From the NCBI GenBank assembly GCA_002633005.1, contig NMRA01000409.1, positions 184,407 to 248,406 on the forward strand: a stretch of 64,000 bases of DNA. The letters are read 5' to 3'. The position numbers and the translations under genes are program-made. Every line of letters begins with the position of its first letter. The stretch's first letter is position 1. Below, piece by piece: positions 14,022-26,585 of the stretch. This DNA comes from Phoronis australis. Lineage: Eukaryota; Animalia; Phoronida. The notes under the pieces are model-generated. The model was given only the letters and a program-made list of their open reading frames with translations. It did no database searches and was not told the origin of the DNA.

Positions 14022-14291
14022 TAACACCTTCTCATTTGAAATGAGCTTTTCTCAAATAAATGAGCTTCGAAAAAAGGACTTAAATTGAATACTTAATAAG
14101 GTATTTCCCAGACAATGNACCACTCAAACGAATGACACTAGTGGTATACCCTATATATATATAGGGTAGACCGTTTAATGAATATGCAAGTGTGGCATTG
14201 TCTGGGAAATACCTTATTAAGTATTCAATTTAAGTCCTTTTTTCGAAGCTCATTTATTTGAGAAAAGCTCATTTCAAATGAGAAGGTGTTA
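14022..14291. repeat. Perfect 96-bp inverted repeat abutting an N (14118)
   Basis: 14022-14117 is the reverse complement of 14196-14291. Confidence 0.85.
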
Positions 14292-16111
14292 TGTACTTGT
14301 CTTCCAAACATCCACTGTCGAAATTTGTGAAATACAATGCTCCTGGACAAGGTGCTAAGCTTTCAAGTGGAAGTCGTGTAAAATATGCAAATGTAATTTC
14401 GTGATTGTGCAACCTGTTTCCTTGAAAGCTATCGCACGTAAGTGAGTCGTGAATAAGAACATGTCGCAAAAAGCCGATTTCGTGTAAAAAGCGAACATCT
14501 CTTTTTGAGTGTAATTCAATCGAACAAGCAGGGCATATCAAGTTTCAATTGAGACGTCCTTTTGCATCAAACGGTCGACGCTAATTCTCGTTTTGGTCAC
14601 AATAACAAATTTACCACTTCCTGCCAAAGACTCATCGTTTTTCGTTTACAGGATATCGTTTACATTCGACCCTATGATGTGCTTTTTGCCATGTAAACAC
14701 AAATACACTTGACTGTGTAGGCTATATTTACACCACTTAAAGTCGTGTAAATGTAAATTTGAACATTTGCTTAATACACACATGACATAGTTACATGTAC
14801 ATGTATGTGAAAGCAATGTGAATTTTCATACGGGTGTAATAAGGACAGCTAAACCACAAGTGACATTTCAACAATATTTCTGGGATCTCATCTCCTCAGA
14901 AGTCAACACCACGACCATGTACACGCCCAGGTGCGCCCTCTGTTGCCCCATGCGTGAATTGGACGCTTTTTTGTAAGAAAGATCCTGCTATATATATTGG
15001 GTGATGCTTTCAACCTAACTCCCCTTTTCCGTGCAACGCTTTTACTGGATATTGACCATCGCAAAGAGGTACAATAGGAACACTTATTTTATAAGAAAAG
15101 CACCTTTTCGGGTCACTTTACTAAAGATCTTTTTGAACATTGAATTTCCAGAGTTAGTGCGACCAAATCATTTTGAGCTTATCTACATCAGTAACGATAT
15201 AATCGGTATTGATAATCACAAATCTAATAAAGAACATGTCGAACACGGGAACCCATTGTGTTTTAATAAAAAACGAGAACAATAACGCGAGCGCGATAAT
15301 TGATATGCACATGTAACCTCCATCGATACCGCCGGGGAAAATGGAAAACCCCAAGTTCATGTTGAAGTCTTGAGAAGCAGCATCTAAAGTAACTGTGCAT
15401 TCTGTGAATGGGTCACGAAAATTGTTACTTTCGCAACTCCTGTGAGGTTACCTGCGGGCGGTTCGAAGCCCTGGACCACAGTTTTTTTCTATCATGGCCT
15501 GGCACCAATGACCTTTTGACTGGTGGATTATCTTCTTTGTTTTTAATATGTTCATGAGAAATCTGATAAGGGATACGCTAGACCCGCCGCAATCCGGTTT
15601 CATTGCAATTGTAGCAAAACAGTCTTGTGTCGTTCCTTCGAGCCCAGGTGTCGGTTTTCTTTTTCCTCATACAATGTGTTTGCAAATAGGCGATTTCTTA
15701 TATGGATATATGAAAGTAATTGAGAAAATTGGCACGATAATTCGGAATTATCTCGTGCCGTAATTATATGGTAGATGCCGTAAAACCATTACCGCAATAT
15801 GTGACTATTATCTCCGTTAATGTTTTAAGTTTCCTTTCTTGTTTCTCTATTAAAACACGAAATTTTATGGATGAATACAATTCTGTAATTATGTTAGCAG
15901 TGAATGTGCAGCTGAATAAATGTACATTTTATTTTCATCGTAGTGAGTATGTTTATTTTCTTCTGATTTCTGCCTGAATGTGAAAATTAAATGCACTAAT
16001 GGAATGAAAGCCAGCCGCAAAGGGGCGTGCCAGGGTATAAAGTCAGGTTTTTTTTACGTTAACGGCCCACGCGTCCTCCTCGAACTCTTCGGTAAGCAGG
16101 TGCAACGCCTC

Positions 16112-16118
16112 TATAAAA
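16112..16118 (+). promoter_or_regulatory. TATA box of the cystine-knot gene
   Basis: TATAAAA about 50 nt upstream of the ATG at 16163. Confidence 0.55.
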
Positions 16119-16162
16119 CCCGAATTTGGTATACGTGATGTTTAAAACGGTACATAACTGAA

Positions 16163-18087
16163 ATGGCTGGACGCAAGATAGCAATAGGCCTACTACTGAG
16201 TTTTCTTGTGGTCGCTGGCGTGGTGGCAGCTGATCCAAAGTTTGACACCAGTAAGTGTTAGGGTCGTGGGAGCAATAGGAGTCGCTTTACGCATACAATT
16301 CTTTAGCGGTGTGGGAACACAAAATACTAAAGTGCCTTTCTCTTGGCCTGTTGTGACGTACGTTGTCGCACTCGACGTATAATGTCTCGCGGGCTCATGG
16401 GATTTCTTCTGGGATTTTTTCATTCGTGGACAGTTTTAGACGTTGGACATTTTTGTGTGATAAGTTTCAACATCCCATCTCACCACAGTGGCAATTTGAC
16501 GGCATGGTGGTCACAAAAGCTTTATAAAAAACTCTGGGAAATGTCCCATTGCTTAAAATTCATATAAGAATGCAAAAGTGCGCTATCTAGTACGCTAGCG
16601 CCATCTACGCGAGGTGTCTGTGGCCGCTTATGTCGGAAAATATCTATTTAGTGGTCGTGTGTTGTAACATTCAGCTAATTTGCTGTAAAGAAATAGGACG
16701 TTTACATCATACAAAATTTGGTTTTGATCCCGTTGTTTCCTTATATTTTCTTAAATAAGGATTGTCACGTGACCTAATTAGAGACGGATTGGTATAAAGT
16801 CAAAAATCAAATGCTACGGAATTTCAAATTTCAGAAAATGTACACTTTCGCCAATTAAATTCTACAGTTTTGAGATATTAAATATCTGTATTTTTGAGAC
16901 TCGACTTGAAAACTGACCGCGTGGCTTATTGTCACGCGATTGGAGTACCGTCTAGCGTTTGGTGGTCGCAGACTGCTTTGGTGTTGTAGTCAGGGTCGGT
17001 AGACAATCTGTCTTCCTTGCAGGCCCTATTAGAGTTCTGTTTTCATTATTTCTGATGGATGATTTTTCCCTGACGAACATCCGCATGATTTTCTTAACTG
17101 CTCAGTATTTCTGGTTTTCCGTAGGCTATATTTCTTTCCCTTGAACCGAATGTTGTCAAATGAACACGTGCATGGAACCGTGTGTGAATTAGCGATGTCT
17201 TTTTAGAATTTCTAACTTTTCTAACATTGTATAAACCTCGTATGCAGGTTTATTTTTTTTTAGATAGCTTCATGCTGCTTTATTTTAATTTTCATCCAAA
17301 ATGATCGTGTGAGTTTGTGTGTTTTAGTGTGTTTTTGTTTGTTTTTATACGAATGACATTCAACCTTCAAAAAGCACTCCATGTTTTAGAAATAAGATTA
17401 GAGTACAAATAACCAAACAAACTTAAATTCTGAGTATGTGCCGCAGTAGGACTACCCTCGTATTGCGTTTACATCAATAATGCTGTTTTATTTTCATGAC
17501 TCTATTCTCAGACGTTGATTTTGGTACACGCTATGATGCACATAACTGCGTAAACAAAGGCGAAGTAGAGGACTTCTCTAGCGATGACGTCGCATTGTGT
17601 TCTTACTGTGACGCTATCCTGGAACTTCCGGAGGGATACACGCCTCGCCGGATTACGGAGAAGGTCTGTCAGCATAACGCCGTCTGCCTGGGACACAGTG
17701 AGTCGTGGTTTTCAATAGCTATATAATTACAGTAGCGGTAAAACTGTGTCTATGCCCACCATTTCAGTGAACTTCTAGAAAATGAAATGCCCGACTGATT
17801 AGGTTAGAGCGGAACTTAATCTGCAACAACAAAACCGAGTCTTTCATCAATTAAAAAATTCGGCCCACAATCAAGTAAGTTAGAAAGTTTACCATTCAAT
17901 ATGTAGAGCTACACGTAAGGACGTGTTTGTAAACAGTACCACTTATCTGTTTTCAGACGTAGAAGGCGATTGCAAGCAGAAAATAATGAAGGTCTTGGCC
18001 ACGAGCTCTAAAGGTGAAAAAGTCGTAGTGAAGGTCGCTTCCGGATGTGAGTGCATGGTGGATAAAGCGAAATTTCCACTGGTGTGA
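16163..18087 (+). CDS. Secreted cystine-knot protein, IL-17/PTTH/Trunk-like, 134 aa; exons 16163-16250, 17512-17697, 17957-18087
   Basis: GT-AG introns with matching phase 1/1; 88+186+131=405 nt. Translation: MAGRKIAIGLLLSFLVVAGVVAA (signal peptide) DPKFDTNVDFGTRYDAHNCVNKGEVEDFSSDDVALCSYCDAILELPEGYTPRRITEKVCQHNAVCLGHNVEGDCKQKIMKVLATSSKGEKVVVKVASGCECMVDKAKFPLV*. It has 8 Cys, a PR-x-I-x4-C motif and a terminal V-x-x-G-C-x-C. TATAAAA at 16112 and AATAAA at 18176 flank it. The family call rests on motif memory. Confidence 0.85.
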
Positions 18088-18698
18088 ACGCTGCATCCTC
18101 AGCTGGTGTGAACTTCACAAGCTTGATTCGTTGATGCAATGCAACATTGTGTGTCGATTGTTGACAGGTTTACCAAATAAATACAAATCACAAATTTACG
18201 TCTAGTCCGTTTTGTATGCATGGAAGTATTTTTTGTGTAATGGCAGATCCCGATTTTATTTGCAGGAAGTACCCGGCTTTTCTGCACAAATCTATCGTAC
18301 GGCAAACCGGAGATTTCTGCAGAAAGGCCTATCTAGATATGCCCCCGTTTGCGCATATGGAGATCCGTACGCGTGGTTAAACCTTAAAATTTCCCCCAGT
18401 TTCATAGGAAATGGACACTAAAATTGCAATTAAGATAATTTTTCAATAATAAGCTTCTGTCTGTTGGGAACAATCAGACATTGATGTGTTCAAGTGTATT
18501 AGCTCTCTTGGTTACAGAGTAATCGCGGGCTTCAGTTAAACTTGGGCGCATATTTGACACTTCCAAATGCACTCCCGGGCGTAGACATGTATTTAGACTT
18601 GGCGTTTGCCTAACTGATAATGTCAAGGTCCGAATAAACGAATCCGACTTATCTGCTGAAAATCGCAACACCTGTGTGCGGCAAAGTTGTAACTGCAA

Positions 18699-19579
18699 TG
18701 ATACGCCGTAAAATGTAACAATTTCGTAAAATGAAACAACTGTTACATTTTATGTCGCTGTTACATTTTACGTTGCTAGGCCTCTCCTAAAATGTAACAA
18801 GTTGTTACATTTGATGTAATTGTTACAATTTACGTCGAATGCACATGGGAGAAATGTACCATTTTTACATTTTACGAAAACGACGTCATATTTCATGAGT
18901 TTGCATGGTATTTATCACACAGAGGAAAACTGTTCACACACTTAACGCCTTCTTTCTCGGATTATGTGAATGAAATTCTATAAATTGTACCATGTCGAAT
19001 TTATAGATGTGTCCCTATGTGCTTTCCATGTTTTTATCATGATAAGTTTTATGGTATAGTCAAAAATGTACAGCGAACAATTTCAATTCCACTTGAAAGG
19101 AGTTTCCAGGATCAGGTAACAAGCTTTTTTATTATTAAAGCGTTCTTGTAATCTTTTGTTGACGCTCACAGCTTGTATCCGGCATTACAGTAAACACACT
19201 TCTCTTGATAAGCACAACAATGGCATTGTATTTGGCAGATATTCACCGTATTTCTACCAGCAGAAACGACAGTAACAATATTTTCATGGAGAATTCGATT
19301 TCGGAAGCCAGTGTGATAGAAAAAACACCAGTTTTAGTCCAGTACACCCTGGCATTGTCAAACACCACTTGTTCGTTATTTTGGTCATTTTCTTTGCAAT
19401 ATGACGTGGGTATAGTAAAACGTAACAACGGTACATTTCTCGCGTGTGCGTTCGACGTGAAATGTAAAAACTACGTAAAATGTAACAACTTGTTACATTT
19501 TAGGAGATGCTTAGCAACGTAAAATGTAACAATGACGTAAAGTGTAACAACTGAAATTGTTACATTTTACGGCGTATCA
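18699..19579. mobile_element. Non-autonomous DNA transposon with long TIRs and subterminal AAATGTAACA repeats
   Basis: TGATACGCCGTAAAATGTAACAATTTC at the left end and its exact reverse complement at the right end. Imperfect inverted similarity extends over about 140 nt. No clear TSD. Confidence 0.8.
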
Positions 19580-19747
19580 CTACACACGGGGGGGGCTTTT
19601 GCCGTAGTCCCGCACCTTAACTCTACACTGGCATTAACATCTAGGGTACACTTCACAAACGAGTCCATTTGGCGAGACTTTTACAAAATCAATGTACGAC
19701 CTGATTTGCATGTAAATTTTTCTGAGAATATTAGTCTGGTGGCTGTT

Positions 19748-19951
19748 GAATGCTTTCTTGTATAATAATTTTATATTCAAGGTATATGACAGCAGAATGC
19801 TTTCTTGTATAATATTCAAGGTATATGACAGCAGAATGCTTTCTTGTATAATATTCAAGGTATATGACAGCAGAATGCTTTCTTGTATAATATTCAAGGT
19901 ATATGACAGCAGAATGCTTTTTTGTATAATATTCAAGGTATATGACAGCAT
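19748..19951. repeat. 39-bp minisatellite, about 5 copies
   Basis: Unit TATTCAAGGTATATGACAGCAGAATGCTTTCTTGTATAA repeated head to tail; gives the 13-aa periodic ORFs on both strands. Confidence 0.95.
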
Positions 19952-20272
19952 AAGCGTAGTTGTTCTGTTAGCCAGAACTAAGTGATCTCCTCGAGTGACG
20001 CTTTTGAAGGCAATTAATATTTTATGAACTTTCCTGTTAAAAATGATCGCAAATCAAATTAAGCACGGCTGCAATTCGCGAAATCCTGCTATTTATCGTG
20101 CAGTGATTGATGACACTATGTTCTTCACCGGTGAAATTAAGGTATCGTTTTTAATCGAATTACAAGATGTTTAAAGACAAAACCATGAAATTCTGACATT
20201 TTTCATAAAGTAAACTTGACAAGGAAACATACATACATGTACATACATACATGTACATACCTGCCCACTTAA

Positions 20273-20724
20273 GGTTATATAAGACCCTCGAAAAATGGCC
20301 AAATTTGGCAATTTTCGGTACACTAGTCTCAGAAATGGCCGATCGAATTGATACGACAATTTCAAATACCCCGGCTACTTTATGCACTGTTTTTAAAAAA
20401 TTCCACCTTTTGACGGGCTGTCAAAAATAGAATTTAATGATTTTTATGTAACAGCTTTTTTGAGATTTCATCTTGAACATTTATATTACATTTGTTCATG
20501 TTATCGATATTGATTTGCTATGGATGTATCTTTATATTTTGCTAATTTCTACTAAAAAGACATGGTCGTGCGACCCAATTAAGAGCAGATTGATAGTATG
20601 TCAAAAATCAAATTTAACAGGCTTTCGACTTTCAGAAAAAATATACTTTCATATAGTTAAAATCTATAGTTTTGTAGTTATTTTGCAAATGAAATACGCC
20701 AAGTGGATAAGGTCTTACGTAACC
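20273..20724. mobile_element. TTAA-flanked non-autonomous element (Kolobok-like), abundant family B
   Basis: TTAA-GGTTATATAAGACC...GGTCTTACGTAACC-TTAA. The internal AAAGTCAAAAATCAAAT...CTTTCAGAAAA motif recurs near 9345, 16795 and 23218, and the 5' part near 54108. Confidence 0.75.
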
Positions 20725-22809
20725 TTAAAGCAATTTTGGTTGATAATGTTTGAAAATCAGTTGTCGGCGTCAATGTTTTTCTGTCACGGAAAACATCATA
20801 CTGAAGGAATGACTACCCGATTCTCGTCTCACCATCTGATGTCGGCCTCCGTAGACGCGAGAAACTTGGAAAAAGGCAAAATGAAGCAAACTTCACGCAC
20901 AGCCACGAGTCGAGCGTTCTTTGGAACTTTAGCCTAGCAAAATGTGCAGCTGAGTGAGACGGGTGACGCGGGTTTGGCCAATACTGGACTATGCGATAGA
21001 ACTCACTGTTTCTGTTACATAAGCGAATTTCAAGCGAATATTTCTCACTGCAAATGTTTCACGACTGCTTTTGTGTCTAATATGGAAATGGAATACTGTC
21101 CGGTCCCGAGAAGGGAGTGCCTCGGTTCGTCACCCCCGCCCTCCTGTTCGCGAATTAATGATTAGGTTTCTGATTTGATCCCGTCTTCTATGAAAAATGT
21201 TCTAAAATGATACAATGTTTCGCGAATTGTACCATCTTGCTTGTGTACACGAACCACCATACTAAATCGGCCACTATGAGCATACCCGCTTCCGGCGAGC
21301 ACCAACCGTTCGATAGGATCGGGTCACTAAAGGTTAGGCACACTCCCAGGAAAGAATTTCGTGACCCATTTTTTAATCCGACCCTTTTCGCAAATGGTGA
21401 GAATAGCATTTGGACATCGTATTCCCAGATACGTAACGTTGTTCCAGTAGGACATTTTCCCTGGGACCCGTACTCGTACACAGCGTCATCTCTGAGGGTA
21501 ACTGCATGGTCGAGTTCAGTAACGTACACTAGTGTCTCGCAAGTAAAGCAAGATTTCGCGAGATTCAGCAAGATGTTGTGTATTTTCAATGAGAACATGT
21601 GATTTCAGGGGCTAGATTTTTCTTACCGCGAGGCAGTGGAATCATTTGCTGTTCAGAAAGTACTGAGGACATATGTGGTCGATAGGGGACACAGTCATTT
21701 TTGAGGCAGGGGCGTCTTGCACAATCCTAAAGCCCACCTCGTTATTCGGTATCATCTCCGATGTAAAAAATCTACAATTAGCTGGACTAGCTTTGCTGGT
21801 TGATTTATTGAAAGCGACACTAACCCGACCCGGCCGCGTTCCACCAGTCTTAGGAAGCGATTTGATTTAAACCACTTGCCGCTAATTAACCTATGGTCTC
21901 TGCATGCTTACTCATGTGAGAAATGATAACTAGGTTTGCAAAGAATTGGTAGTTCGTTCCGCTGTCATACTTGGCGCAAACTATATTGACGCACGCAGTG
22001 ATCAGCCAACAAAGTTCTACGGCTTGATCTCAAGCAATAGCGAACGGTCAGTTCTAACGAAGCCCTAAAGTTATATTCAATTTCACTATCGAATTAGACC
22101 AATTTCTTAACGGTCGTCAGTGCATAGGCGGGCTTGGGTACAGCCCCTATCCTAATTACAAGGGATCAAAATTCACCATTCACATGGGTGACATTTTTCC
22201 GATCCCTCTCCCCTTTTTTCCACTAGCATATGCACAATCTACGATGTTTCATGTTTCGATCTGAAAACCAGTTGGTGAAATGGCCGGTCATGATCTACGG
22301 CTATTACGATTGGTTTGCCTGTGGCGGGTGAGCTTGCTCGTAATTCATCATCGACCGTGCCTATAGAACGAAAAAGCTGAATGCTTCTTCCTTCGGGGCG
22401 CCATTGCTATTTTTGCCTAATGGTTTTTACGTCTTGATTTAAAATAAAATATAGGAAATTGTGCCGTTCGATAACTGAGCCATTTTCATCAGTGACGTGA
22501 ACGCGCGCGTGCACGGCTCAACTCCGCCCACCCTGCCTCTCTGAACATGTGCCACACTCACTCCTGAATCAAACGCAGCGACAATTACTATGGATCTGCT
22601 ATTCAGAAACTATCTACAGTTAAACATCTTCAGCTCCTTCTAAACCATTTTGAAACATTTGAGACACGACGATTTTTGGGCCAAAATGTCTGAGCCATAT
22701 ACAGACATTTATACATTTTAGAGTGTCTATTGTCTGAAGATCAGTGAGACGATACAAGTGGGAAAGTAGGTGATTAGATCGACTCCATAAAACTTTTAGT
22801 GTCGAATGA

Positions 22810-23343
22810 GATTATTTGGGACCCTCTAGAAATGGCCAAATTTGCCAGTAAACGTCGGAACATCATATCTCAGAAATGACTCATCGGATTCTTATAAAAC
22901 TTTCAGATACCATGCTTTACGCCGTACTGTTCTCTAAACAGCTGTTAGCAATTCCTTGTTAAAAATTCTACTTTTGCATCAGAGGACTATCAAAGATAAG
23001 ACTTTAAAATTCATGATTTAAAAAAATTTAAAAGTAATCATAAAACGAAAACGGAGTGATAATTATTTACAAAACTGTAACAAAGTTTTTGAGATTCCAT
23101 CTTGAAAATGTATATGGAACGAAACTTGGTCATGTTATTTCCACTGTTTTGCTATAGATGTACCTTTATATTTACTAAGTAGTTGCTAAAACAAATGTCA
23201 ACAATAGCAGATTTATATAAAGTCAAAAATCAAATGCAACAGGCTCTCTACTTTCGGAAAATATAAACTTTTATTGAGTTAAACTCTTATAGTCGTGTAG
23301 ATATTTGGCTAAATTACACCGACAAGGTCGCATTCATAATCTC
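22810..23343. mobile_element. Family B copy (diverged)
   Basis: Collinear similarity to 20273-20724 (GACCCTC..AAATGGCCAAATTTG; TTTTTGAGATT.CATCTTGAA; AAAGTCAAAAATCAAAT). Confidence 0.65.
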
Positions 23344-23375
23344 AAAAAGATTTAAGAAAGTTCGCCATTTTCATC

Positions 23376-24348
23376 ATGGAGACCAGTATATACGAACTGA
23401 CTGGCAAGCAATATGAATGTACAGTAGTAAGTATATGTGATTATAGTAAGCAACCTGCTAGAGCGGGCCAAACACATTTTTTCTGTGATTTTGTACCAAA
23501 AAATCAGAAGACTGCTATGCGCATTTCTCTCCATGACCGTGACATCATCTGGAACGGTCTACTTAAATGATTCAGAAAGACATCTCAGTACTGATACCCA
23601 TTCCGCTTCTCACGGCTACTATCAAAGCCTTGGTACGTTTCACTGAAAATAGACAAAGACTAGTACTGAATTTCGTTTTCTGGTACCATGGCATAGCCAC
23701 ACCGCCACACCCAACTAAAAAAGCTCCTAATTGAATGACCTGCAGCGAATTTGGGAAACTATATAAAAAAACTTCAATAGGCCAGCCTGACTCTTTCGTG
23801 ATAACTTCCGATGAAACTGGTCGAAAATTTGAAACAATCCACCGCAAGTCACGGTCAGTATTTTTCGNATGGAGACCAGTATATACGAACTGACTGGCAA
23901 GCAATATGAATGTACAGTAGTAGGTATATGTGATTATAGTAAGCAACCTGTTAGAGCGGGCCAAACACATTTTTTCTGTGATTTTGTACCAAAAAATCAG
24001 AAGACTGCTATGCGCATTTCTCTTCATGACATCATCTGGAACGGTCTACTTAAACTCAGGACATCTCAGTACTGATACCCATTCCGCTTCTCACGGCTAC
24101 TATCAAAGCCTTGGTACGTTTCACTGAAAATAGACAAAGACTAGTACTGAATTTCGTTTTCTGGTACCATGGCATAGCCACACCGCCACACCCAACTAAA
24201 AAAGCTCCTAATTGAATGACCGGCAGCGAATTTGGGAAACTATATAAAAAAACTTCAATAGGCCAGCCTGACTCTTTCGTGATAACTTCCGATGAAACTG
24301 GTCGAAAATTTGAAACAATCCACCGCAAGTCACGGTCAGTATTTTTCG
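23376..24348. repeat. ~490-bp direct duplication across a single N (23868), probable assembly artefact
   Basis: 23376-23867 and 23869-24348 are near identical with a few SNPs and indels; the junction is exactly the N. Confidence 0.85.
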
Positions 24349-24489
24349 CAACTGATCTGAAATGTTACCGTAAGAGAAAGATTTCACGGGAACGGCCGAG
24401 ATACCAGTGCTTGCGGGAAGCACTCAAATCGTAAAAATGTCCGAGTTATCGGCCCTGATTTCTTCTTGTGTTTGTACAGGAACCCCTTC

Positions 24490-24762
24490 AGTGGTGCGCC
24501 ATGTTGGATTTGTACTGACGATATTTTGTAAATATTAGAATTTATTTAACAGGTGGGTAGTTTAATTAATTTATAATAACAAAATGTCGAAGCTTGCAAA
24601 TAAAGTGAAGTGAAAAGACAGTTTAATTGGATTCATTTGTTAATTATTATGCATAAGAGTCGTTTTGACACGGTTTTGCTGTGAAGGGAGGAAAACCGGA
24701 AGTAAATTCGTGAGTCATTCATTTCCACAATCTCTGACTTAGCTGCGTTCATTTCCGTGAGT
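24490..24762 (+). promoter_or_regulatory. Putative promoter and non-coding first exon (probably of Rab14)
   Basis: YY1-type CGCCATGTT at 24497, ETS ACCGGAAGT at 24695, TGAGTCA at 24711 and a donor CC|GTGAGT at 24757. Downstream DNA becomes T/G-rich and CpG-poor, like the Rab14 introns. An acceptor TTGTTTCAG ends at 28786, just before the ATG. Confidence 0.5.
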
Positions 24763-25413
24763 ATCCCCTTCGTGTTTGCTCGTCGTCTTTCCTTTTCGAG
24801 AGAGCACATGGAAATATTTACAAATAACAAGTTTGCATAACAAGGCTATCCATACTTGATATTGTCCAGTTTAACTACACAATTATCATACCCTCTGACA
24901 TTCTGCTTCTGGTGCACCACCGTGGGTCAGCCTGTTTGTGTTGTGTGTTTACAGTTTATTGGCTACAAAATTTCATTAGATTTACCACATCTCAGTTATA
25001 AAAGGGGCTTCAGTCTCTTTTGAATGTGGATTGTGCAAGTTCACCTTCAACATCTTTTTATCAATTGGAAAAGCATACATTGTTTGAGGTTGCATGAGGG
25101 GGGTGTGACTTCTGGGGTTAATTTGGAATTCTGTTGACTTTCTTTTTTAAGTTTTATAATGTTGGACATCATCTTGAACACTTGAGATATAGCTGAGATT
25201 TGATCATGCTTGCTTGCACTGGTGTGAAATTTGTTTTACATGTGCAGGGTTTGTGGACATGGTGAAACTGAAAGTTAGACAGGCCTGCTGTCTGTGTAGA
25301 CAGCGCCACCATCTCGACTGGCTGTAGAGATGGTGAAGCTTCTCATATGCCTGAAGCGTTTCACCGATTTATGCCTCACACTGATTAAAACATCAAAGTG
25401 CCTTTTGTGCATA

Positions 25414-25602
25414 CAGGGAGACCTTAGGAGCTCGTCGATGTCTTTAATTCCTTCATATCTCCTGGTGCCTGCGGCGTAAAAATGGTCAGTTTCCGATTTG
25501 GGCAGCAGAACAAAGGACTACTGAAAACAAAGTTTGATTACGGAAGTATTTGTTTGAGTTGGAAGGAATTAATGGCATCCACGGCCTCCTAAGGTGTCCG
25601 TC
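25414..25602. mobile_element. Small MITE with imperfect ~38-bp TIRs, TA-flanked
   Basis: GGAGACCTTAGGAGCTCGTCGATGTCTTTAATTCCTTC versus the reverse complement of GAAGGAATTAATGGCATCCACGGCCTCCTAAGGTGTCC. Confidence 0.6.
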
Positions 25603-26585
25603 TACACGCAAGAGTACTTATAACAACATGGGTTTGTTGTTTTAGTCAGTGTGAGGCATAATTTGCCACAACGCTTCCGGCTCATGAAGCTCTATGGCCA
25701 GTTGAGACGATGGCACTGTCTGCCATCTGTGCTACCTGTTCTCAGTGTAGCTGTCTCATGTATGATCTCACCATAACTCTGCGTTTCCGCTTGACTTAGA
25801 TCACATTGACAGTAAGTTATTTCAGTCTTCAACTTTGGTGATGGAATATTCAAGGATTTATAGTTTAACTGGGGTAATTTGCTGAACATTTTCAGGATGG
25901 ATTAGGATAATCCCACTGCCTAAGTAGAAGTGGATATAACGCTCCTCTGGGTTCTGAGTAGAAGGAGAACCAGTTCCACTGAGTAATGCCTGTAATCATT
26001 CAGTTGAAGTATCTGGTTCTCATGGCAAGGACTGTCACGTTCAACTATAATCGGGTTCACACACTACTCTAGTTAGGTCAAATCAAAGTCACAAACTTCT
26101 AACTCCTGGAAATCGGATCAAGTGGCAGGGAATTTTCCCGTCGATGAATTCTTTTCTATCCGTGGTGACATTTTGTGTTACAAGTAGGCACTGCGTGGTA
26201 CCTTCAAAGCAGTGAGACACTTTGTAGCCAACAAGAGTGGTCATTTTGTGAAAACTTTTAATTTAGCACGTGACAGCTCAAGATTTTGTTAGATGACCTG
26301 TGGATGTTGCTGCTCCATTGTTGTCGATTCTAATGTCGTGGCAATACCCCTGTGTTTGAGTATTCGGAGATTGGGTTGCTTGTTTCATGGTAGATTTCAA
26401 GATTACTGGTGTATCGCTTCCCAATTTTTGATTGCGTAGGTTTCGATATAGTTTGTCTGTGTTTTTCTCAATGTGCCAGTGCATGGACCAGTCACATGCG
26501 CTAATGTGTTCCTAGTGTGAAGTAAACGAGCTTTTTTGCTGTTGTATTAATTTCAGTAGACACATAAATATTGCCTTCACTTATC

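Noticed and set aside
19748-19951. 39-bp repeats as a CRISPR array or repeat protein
   Set aside because: Units are head to tail with no unique spacers, no cas genes are present, and the context is eukaryotic. The periodic ORFs follow from a unit length divisible by 3.
23572-24434. ORFs of up to 151 aa in the duplicated block
   Set aside because: They span or depend on the N-joined duplication, have no recognisable domain, and indels between the copies alter them.
25872-25885. C/D snoRNA with guide GGGTAATTTGC against 18S rRNA
   Set aside because: Only an 11-nt match; the D+5 rule points to a position I do not know as methylated, and the C box is imperfect. Expected by chance.
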